From: Octopus vulgaris
Taxonomy: Eukaryota
Direction of reading: 5' to 3'
NCBI GenBank assembly: GCA_951406725.2
Contig: OX597820.1
Location: 50,468,001 to 50,532,000 of the forward strand
Length of the DNA: 64,000 nt
Shown: positions 55,031 through 64,000 of the stretch, one piece after another
How positions within the stretch are numbered: the stretch's first letter is position 1
How the letters are laid out: each line of letters starts with the position of its first letter
The notes under the pieces: model-generated
The model's database searches: none
What the model saw: the letters and a program-made list of their open reading frames with translations, nothing else
What the model was told of the DNA's origin: nothing
Program-made: the position numbers and the translations under genes

Positions 55031-55524
55031 AGAAAAACAAAATAGAAAGTGATCGCACGAGAAAGAAAACTATAGAGATACCAAAATATAAATATATAGA
55101 AAATATTATCCAAATGGAGTTTATGTCCTCCCAAACGTTCGCCATTATGGATTCAGTTTTTTCTGATCTTTCTTTTTCTTTGTATGTGTATTCAACATTT
55201 GTTTTTCGTTATTCCATTTTTTTTTTGATGTTTTGTTTATGCAGTGAATATTTCCCCATGTAATGAATGGGAAATCTCCTAGCTAAGAGTAGAGGAATAT
55301 CCTTTATTTTATTTTATAAATGTTGTGTATATACTTTGTTATATCAGATTTTATTTTTCCTAAAAGTGATATTATGATGTTCAGATATTAGAGGATTATC
55401 CGATATTGCTGATCGTATCTTTAGATATAATCGTGAATACGTAAGAAATGTAAATATGACAAGAATACAGAAGTAATATCAATATTATTGTTAATGTTGT
55501 TGTTATTATTATTATTATTATTAA

Positions 55525-55591
<67 letters not shown>

Positions 55592-56204
55592 TTAATTTTT
55601 TATTATTATTATTGGTGATGGTAACAAAACAAAAATAAATAAGAACAGCAATGCTAATACTAATACAATTACTACTACTACTACAACTAATAAGATGTTT
55701 AAAAAATATCTATATTAATATGGTTGAAAAATACATGAAAAAAATCTGTATGGGATGGCAGTTTTATTCGTGACATACTCAACATCAGCGAGTAGAATAT
55801 TATATGTTTGATGTAAACCGATTTATTTTCGATAAAAGTGAACTTTCTGACTTCATTTTGAACGACCCAGAATGGTGGTTGTTTTTCAATAACAACAGGT
55901 AGCATTGATTTGATTCAACCACAAAGGCAGACAAACGGACCCATGCGTAGTTCGTACAAAGGCAAGCAAATGTTCACCTAATAAAGCACTGGGTACACAA
56001 AATTATACGCACATGTAATCCACAAGCACGAATGGGCAGAATATAAAGAGTCGAACTCACGGTTATAAAATATCTATATACAGGCTCTTACAATTCTTGC
56101 TTGGATTTCCTTTTTAAAGCGACTTGACTATACACACACACACATACACCCCCCACACACGCACACAAACAAAACACACACATATATATATACATATATA
56201 AATA

Positions 56205-56925
56205 CATAAATGGAGGTAAACGCTGGTGTTATTCAAAAGTTTTACTTCCGACATATGTTTCGAAGAAAACATTGGTATTATTCCAGATGAAATAAAATGA
56301 TGTAAAACAATGCTATCCTCTGATCGGGAAAAAAGAGACCAAACACATCAGTAAAACATCTTAACAGAATGTGATGACTGCGTGTGTGATTAAGGAAAGC
56401 TAGCAATTTTTTTACGCCGTTAATAAATATAACGTCAAAGGCAGTTCATAGAAAGAGGAGGAGAAGAAAGAAAGAAATTAGCAGAAGTCTGACAGTGGAG
56501 AGATATAGAGCAATAAGGGAATAGGAATAAAGCTTAAAGGCTTGGAAGTAGATATATGTAGTGGAAGTGAAACGTAAGAAGACAGTTAAAGGTCGAATTT
56601 TATAGAATGGTAGAAATCACTTATAGGAACTAGAAGGTATGTTTTTGCCAATGTTTGCAACGATAAACACGTTTTTTAAACATGTTTACAAGATAATCTC
56701 TGAGAACAGGATGAAATACACTCCATCGTTACAAAGTGAACAGAAAGATTTATCTTTATCATACTGAAATTATTTAGATAGAATATTCAATTCCAAATCA
56801 TATTGTTTAATATGATAAATACAGATATTTCACCAAGACCTGGAATTTCTACTTTTCTAAGTAGGCTGTTAGATCCTTGGTACTTGTGTGAATTTTAGCT
56901 ACCCTGGTAACTATTTATTTATCTC
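56205..56925 (-). mobile_element. Second Neptune-type PLE 3' fragment with inverted tail at its 5' junction
   Basis: Aligns with 18115-18660 (cacttatagga.cta.a.gg.atgttt.tgcca.tg); YDKDKSFCSLCN; 56835-56920 matches 17990-18075 in inverted orientation. Confidence 0.7.
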
Positions 56926-57012
56926 GACTTGGTAGGGTTCCGGGTTTCCGAAGAGTTTGAGCGATGGCAGGTATTCGTTACAATATATATATATATAAAT
57001 ATACATATATAC

Positions 57013-57053
<41 letters not shown>

Positions 57054-57329
57054 TACATATTTCTCTCTCTCCCTCCCTCCCTCTCTATCGCTCTATATAT
57101 ATATATGTTTATAAAAAAAATAGATTTTAATTTTCTTAGAGATTTTCCATGTTCCGTTTCTTCTTGAAAAATCGAACCTTATCAAAAAATATTTTAAAAA
57201 GTTAAGTGTAATAAAAAAAATTCATAATGGTTTCTCACTGGTGATGTTTTGTTGGGGTAGCATAATGACTTTGTGCGTTGACTAGAATCGTTGGCTGTAA
57301 CCCTGAAAGTGACTGCTGGCCACCTATAC

Positions 57330-57367
<38 letters not shown>

Positions 57368-57481
57368 TACGAGGAAAACACATTTGATAAGCATAACAAA
57401 TGCGCAACCGGTAAAAATAACTTTCACCTAATTAAATTACTTAAATTACTTAAATTATTTTGTCAGCATTTTCTTCATTTC

Positions 57482-57515
<34 letters not shown>

Positions 57516-57888
57516 TACCGTCAGAAATTAATTAGCACCCTTGATTTGCTCTTCACTCAAGGTATTTGCTGTCATTTAGTGGCCATATCTCGAACTATTG
57601 CTTTGTTGCGAGTTCACTGTTGCGCAGAACAATGACGTAACTTTGTTTGCAGAGCGGTTTGAGAGACTACAGCCTAATGATGTTGACATAGCAGTGCAAC
57701 AACAACTTGGAGTGCGGATGCAGACAAATCTTCCTTTGTTTAATAGATATAGGTAGCGCCTCGCAAGGACCGAAATCACACCATACTAAGTTTTCTCATC
57801 GCATAAGACGTTTTGAACAGCTCGTAGGTTAATTGATTTGTGTATTTGCAAGATTTTTTTCCTCACAAATTCTCCTACACTCTGCTTT

Positions 57889-57904
57889 GTGACGTCACTT
57901 CCGG
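57889..57904 (-). promoter_or_regulatory. Overlapping ETS-CRE motif (CCGGAAGTGACGTCAC) upstream of the Tc1 transposase
   Basis: Plus strand gtgacgtcacttccgg, about 160 bp upstream of the ATG. Confidence 0.5.
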
Positions 57905-58064
57905 TTCACAAAACTTTCTGTTATACATCAAATAAGGTGAGAAATTCTGCTTTCTTTCTTTTTTTGTTTAATGAATAATAACTCATAGCAGTTTTGTTAT
58001 AGCATAACATTATTCAAATGAATAGTTTTAATGAAAATAACTGGTTTTTATCGTTCATTCCTAG

Positions 58065-59045
58065 ATGGGCCCAAGACCTCGCATGACCTTGGAGAGACGG
58101 TACGAGGCTCTCTCGTGGCGTGGGAAGCTGTCGGAGGTTGCAATAGCCAGAAAACTTGGTGTAGCCAGGCGCACAATTCAGTGCTTATTTAAGAAATACG
58201 AGGAAACCGGATCAGCAGCTGACAAAAAGGGTATGGGACGGAAGAGGCTGACGACCCAGCGGGAGGACCGGATCATGATCCGAATGTCACTGTACAACCG
58301 AAGGGCAACGACCCGGCAACTGGCGGAGGAGATGCAAAAGATGACAGGGAAGCAGTTGTCTACAACCACTGTCAAGACCAGATTACTGGAAGCTGGTCTA
58401 AAATGCTGTAGGGCCGCCCAAAACCGGAAGAGGCAGCTGCTCTGGGCCCGTGCCCACAGGACATGGACCGTGCAGCAGTAGCGGACAGTGATGTTCACTG
58501 ACGAGTCGCGATTCAGTCTCGTCAGTGACAAGCCTGTCCATGTGCGACGCTGCAGGGGTGAGCGCTTCAACAAAGACTGCATTGCTCCCACCATGAAGCA
58601 TGGTGGGGGTGGTCTGATGGTGTGAGGGGCGTTCAGCTACAGTGGTGTTGGGCGGCTCTATGCCGTCGAAGGCAACATCAACGCAGCAAAGTACGTTGAG
58701 ATAGTACGGGATACCTCTTTGGTGGCGAGGAGTACGTGCTCCAGCAGGACAACGTGCCTTCCCACACAGCCAAGCTCACAACCGGTTTCTTCAAGGACCA
58801 TGGGGTGACATCATGGACTGGCCTGGCCAGTCACCTGACCTGAACCCTATTGAGAACCTCTGGAGTCGATTGGGTAGGGATCTGAATGTGCAGCAATACA
58901 GGAACCGACACGAACTGTTTGGGGCACTTCTTGCTGCATGGGGGGGCCATCCCTGCACAGTACCTGCAGGCACTCATAGACAGCATGCCGACCCGCGTAG
59001 CAGCTGTCATTGCTGCCAAAGGAGGAGCAACAAGATATTGACTAA
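58065..59045 (+). pseudogene. Tc1 transposase pseudogene (stops, frameshifts, internal deletions)
   Basis: Paired-like HTH (IARKLGVARRTI), GRKR, VMFTDESRF, QQDNVPSH, WPGQSPDLNPIENLW; 34 residues between D and E after restoring one missing base; AAKGGATRY*. Confidence 0.92.
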
Positions 59046-59199
59046 ATTTCACGATTAATAACAATTATGTGGTGTGCTGAGATATGTTTTAATAAATTTT
59101 TGATTAAAAACGAGTTCGTTTCTGATAATAAGTTAATTAAATTAAGAAAATGTAAGAAAATGTAGAAATTTGAGAAGTGCTAATTAATTTCCGACGCAA

Positions 59200-59252
<53 letters not shown>

Positions 59253-59898
59253 TGAGTGTGTGTGTGCGTGTGTATATGTGTATATGTATGTATAGAATAC
59301 GGTATATTATAATACATCTCACTTGAACAATATTTCGAGGCCTTTTGATTACTATATAGAGTTTCAAGACCTGATTGCTTACTCAACCAATGACATCTTT
59401 TCGTTTTGTACGGCTGAGACAAACATGACGATCAAATCGAAAAACGAAGAATAATTCTCATTCACACATCACAACAGTATTCTCGTATTTTCAAAAAGCA
59501 TATTCAACACATTTACTTGCTAACATATACTTTTGAAACGTAGTGAATACTTTAGTTTCTATCATGTACTATTGCTATGACAGTAATCGACTATTTGCAT
59601 TTTCCTAAATTTGTAATGATGTGAACCTTATAATATACCTTAAATGTTCAACCTGTTATCATGGTGAGCATTTAATTTTTTAGTATATTTTCTTTTATGC
59701 ATTCTCTTTCATTTATCTATTTATTTTCTTTTATATTACATAATTTGCACCGGGCGAAAGAACTGAAACACTGTTTGTTATAAATTATAAGACGTAAAAA
59801 TGAACTACAAGTCAGTTTAGATCCAGCTGCGTCCTCATCCTCTCAAACAACTCTCATATTTGTGTATGTATGTATGTATATATATATCTATATATATC

Positions 59899-60022
<124 letters not shown>

Positions 60023-62489
60023 CACAGAAGACGTGTTCTGTTTTGAGATATGAAGACGCACCTGCGTCTTAAGAGGAATTATAGTTATCTTTTAATTTTC
60101 AAAGATATACCTGTTTGTGCGTGCGTGTGTGTATGTATGCGTGTATGTGTGCGTGTGTGCGCATGTGTTTGTTTCTAATTACATATTGTCTTATTGAGTT
60201 CGCTGTGTGACGACAGTATAACTATTTATATTTCTATTTTTATCTTGGCTCTGCTGTCAATGCCTCTCTTAAGACTTTAATTCAGCGAACGATTTAGAGA
60301 CTAGCCTGAGGTTTGTAAACAGAAAGGAAGTGTTATACAAACCGGTTGGCAAGTTATATAGTGACCTTTTCTTTGTTCCCTGTTCTTTAAGCTGATCAAG
60401 ATGGTCCAATTCCTTAATATTTATAGCTTTATAGCAAGCTAACCTCAATCTGTTGCAATTCAATGCAATTCTTCCAAATGTTTCTTGGAATATCTTTGAG
60501 TTTCTTCTTGTACTTAAGGCATATGTATGTGTCGTGAGAGAGAGAGAGAGAAAGAGGAAAAGAGCGAGAGGAAGAGTGCCTGTGAGTATGTGTATGTATG
60601 TCTATGCATGTATATGTGTATATATGTATGCACGTGAGTTGAGTATACAAATAAGACGAAGATAAGTATACGATTAGGACAATGAAATAATAATGTTAAA
60701 ATCATAACAATGTTTTGAAGTCAAGTAGTGTTGAACAGATGTTAATGAAGATAAATGATGCAAATCGTAATCTGTTTCTGTCAGTCTCACTTATTCTAGT
60801 ATCCGATACAGAAGTCGTTGAACTCAATACTGTTTGATAAACGATATATTTCAAATTCTTGTGATAGAAGTATAAATATTTGAAGAAAATATACAATGTA
60901 TGTGTATGGGCATCGGTTAAAAATAACGGCTAATTAAATCACATTGTGTATGTGGGAAAAAGTGAGCTGACACAAAGATCATTGGTAAAATTAGTGTTAT
61001 TACATGGCGAATTACTTTATTCGTTTTATTTTGTGTGGTACATTGAAAAATAAAACGTGAATTTCTATTTAAAGCGGTTTTCTTCACGTAAGTAAAATAT
61101 GTCAGTTTGAATATTAATGTAATTATTACATAATTTAAGTTCTTTTGATCCAAGCTGTCTTTAAATCACTCTAACTTTTCCTTATTTTATTGCCTTTATT
61201 TTTATCAAATTAGTACATTTGATAATCCATATTTCTGCAATATATACACTGTACAGCTTTGTCGCAGAATCACTTAATCTTAGCAACATATATGTACCGT
61301 TATGCATTTTAATGTAGTGAAATTAAATTCATTCACTCATGGATTATATATTGGATTTATATTTGAATTTCATAACGCTAACGGCATAATTGATTGCGGT
61401 CCATGTGTTCATATATTTCAGATACATGATGTTTACTGATTTTCTCTAATTTAACTTTATTATAATCAAATTCATTGTGTGCAAATATATTCCCAGTAGA
61501 TTTAAAATGTGATAACCTATAAAACGATATGTATTATCGCAGATGCTTAACGCTAGTCTCATTGCCCAATTAATTTTTCCATTGATTAATATATATTAGA
61601 TTATTTAACCATATTATTCCTTTCTCTCTAATCATTTATCATACAGTGACACTTAGCTTCTTTCTAGAGTTATCCCTAATCTAGGAGTGAACATGCTTCC
61701 ATTAGTATAGATAACATCATCTGCATCATATGCGTATTCTTGTCGAACTAGCAAAATACTTGCCTATGCGCATTATATACTTTCAATCGTCAAAGAGTAT
61801 TTGCCATTTGACAATTAGTGCTCCTTATTTTCCAGACACCTTCTTCGTATATATATACGTAAATTTCAATCTCAATTTATGGACGACAAATTATATTTCA
61901 TGAGCCGTCAGCTTCGCCATGGTTATGTTTACTATCATCCTTTACGCACATTTTTGTATGTATTTCAAGACATATATTTACCTTTGTTTCATTAATCGAT
62001 AGGATCTGTTAATCGAAATATATAGCAATTATTATCATTGATCATCAATACACATGAAAATATACACAAAAATACACACATACACACATATGTATGTGTG
62101 TGTGTATGTAGGACAGAGAAAGTTACAGAGAGAGAGAAGGAAAGAGAGACAGAAATAGGGATAACATTTCTGGGAAAGATATAAATTTACGGAGTTAGGG
62201 CAATATTTAGGCACGTGTATAAAGGACCTATGTTTGAGAAGTCTTTCACGTCGGTTGACTGAGCTGAATAAGGCAAGTAGTACTGCACATCACGAAAACT
62301 TAAAATATAAACTATAAAACCGAGATGAAAAATATTACTCATTAACACGACCATCCCGTGTAGCATTTCAAAAATTTAAACTTGATTCTCTGTGGATGCC
62401 TCATTATTATTCCCACTCTCAGAAGTTTTTAAACTTCAGAGATTCTATATAACCACGGGAATACGGACGTCTTGTACATTTATTCTTTA

Positions 62490-62730
62490 TCTTTTATCTT
62501 TCACTTGTTTCAGTCATTAGACTGTGGCCATGCTGGGGCACCACCTTGAAGAAATTCTAGTCGAGCTAATCGACCACAGTAATTTTTTTAAAATCCTGGT
62601 ACATATTCTCTCGACATTGTTTGCCGTATCGCTAAGTTACGGGGACGTAAACATACCAACACTTGCTATGTAGACGGGGAGGACAAACATAGACATAAAG
62701 ACATACACGTAGATACATACATATATATAC

Positions 62731-62792
<62 letters not shown>

Positions 62793-62793
62793 G

Positions 62794-62863
<70 letters not shown>

Positions 62864-63030
62864 TATATACATATAGATATACATATGACAGGCTTCCAAT
62901 TTCAACCGAATCTCACAAGTCTTTGGTCTGCCCTAGGCTATAGTAGAAGACACTTGCCCAATGTGCCACGCAGTAGGACTGAAACCAGAGCTATGTGGTT
63001 GGGAAGCAAACTTCTTACCACAAAGCCACA
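62490..63030 (-). mobile_element. SINE family B with expanded internal (TA)n
   Basis: cttgtttcagtcattagactgtggccatgctggggcacc ... ggctatagtagaagacacttgcccaa..tgccacgcagt..gactgaa. Confidence 0.85.
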
Positions 63031-64000
63031 CTCGTACCATTTGGTGATTTTCTACATATTTGGTTACCTTAAACGTTATACGAGATTCCTAGGTTTTTGT
63101 CAACGATTTGTATAGATTTGTGGACTGCATTTATGCTAGAAACATTCTGAATTGTAATTTTGACGATGAACTATATTCAATTTGTTCTATTGGACACATC
63201 GGCGCAAATTTTCTTGTGAATTGACAAGGCATTTACTACAAAATGTCATGACAACATAAAACACGAAACAGAAATAGATAAAACAAAATATTGATGCATA
63301 AAACCATTGTCCTACACAGCGTTCAAAGGAAATTGAAGATTTCACAAACACACATGTACAGCAAGGAAGGAAATATTGTAGTAAATAGAAGTCTATCGTT
63401 AAAACTATTAGCTACTGCGATAACGGCTCTCGTGAACCCAGCTGCTTCCAACAAAAGAAAAAGGCTACAATGGTTATGAGACATTAATGGATTTTGGAAA
63501 GTTATTGTTCCAAACTAAATAGAGAAGACTGCTAAGGAGATATTGAAAAACTTTCTCATGGAAAGATAAAACTCAAATATTTTCTAAGACTTCTAAGTAC
63601 AAATTTTAAAAAATCCTTTGTTTGCATGCATTTACACACAAGCATACGTAAATGCATGCATGTTTGCATGCAATTACGCACATATGTATCAGCGCATTCA
63701 TGATTGTATAGGTGAGAAACTCACTTCATAGCCATGTTGTTTTGCGTTCAGACCCACTGTGCGGTTGCATCAACGGGAATAGCACCGCGCCAACAAATGA
63801 TTTGTGATTGAAATGGCTTCACGGAAATTGTGTAAGTCTGTCGTCTGTATGTATGCATGTATGTATGTATGTCATTGATCACTTTTATTTAAAAATGTCT
63901 TGCTATTAGAGAAGCAGTCGGTTACTAACCTAAATCCAAGGCTCCTTCGTTGGAATTTCAACATCAACAACATAGTATATTCTTGTTGGTATATATGTAT

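Larger units (their letters stand above)
57513..59202 (+). mobile_element. Full-length (1690 bp) Tc1 DNA transposon, DD34E
   Basis: TA-flanked TIRs cactaccgtcagaaattaattagcac / gtgctaattaatttccgacgcaagtg. Confidence 0.93.

Overview
AT-rich, microsatellite-dense eukaryotic genomic DNA. The SINE, LINE and microsatellite content suggests an octopus or other cephalopod (inference from repeat families). No intact host protein-coding gene is supported; most ORF-track entries are microsatellite translations. The window is a patchwork of transposon relics: a near-intact 5'-truncated Penelope-like element (RT + GIY-YIG, 46.7-48.4 kb), two Neptune-type PLE 3' fragments, a full-length decayed Tc1 (DD34E), three mariner-type relics, R4/Dong, RTE, CR1-like and L1/Tx1 LINE fragments, two non-autonomous Helitrons, MITE-like inverted-repeat elements and tRNA-derived SINEs. 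The most striking pattern is about a dozen minimal type-I hammerhead ribozyme motifs in PLE ends and in short non-coding repeats. Their catalytic cores covary at the tertiary 3:8 pair (C3:G8, U3:A8, G3:C8), most have palindromic stem III, and several have unusually long stem II insertions. All structures were read by eye, so coordinates of decayed elements are approximate.
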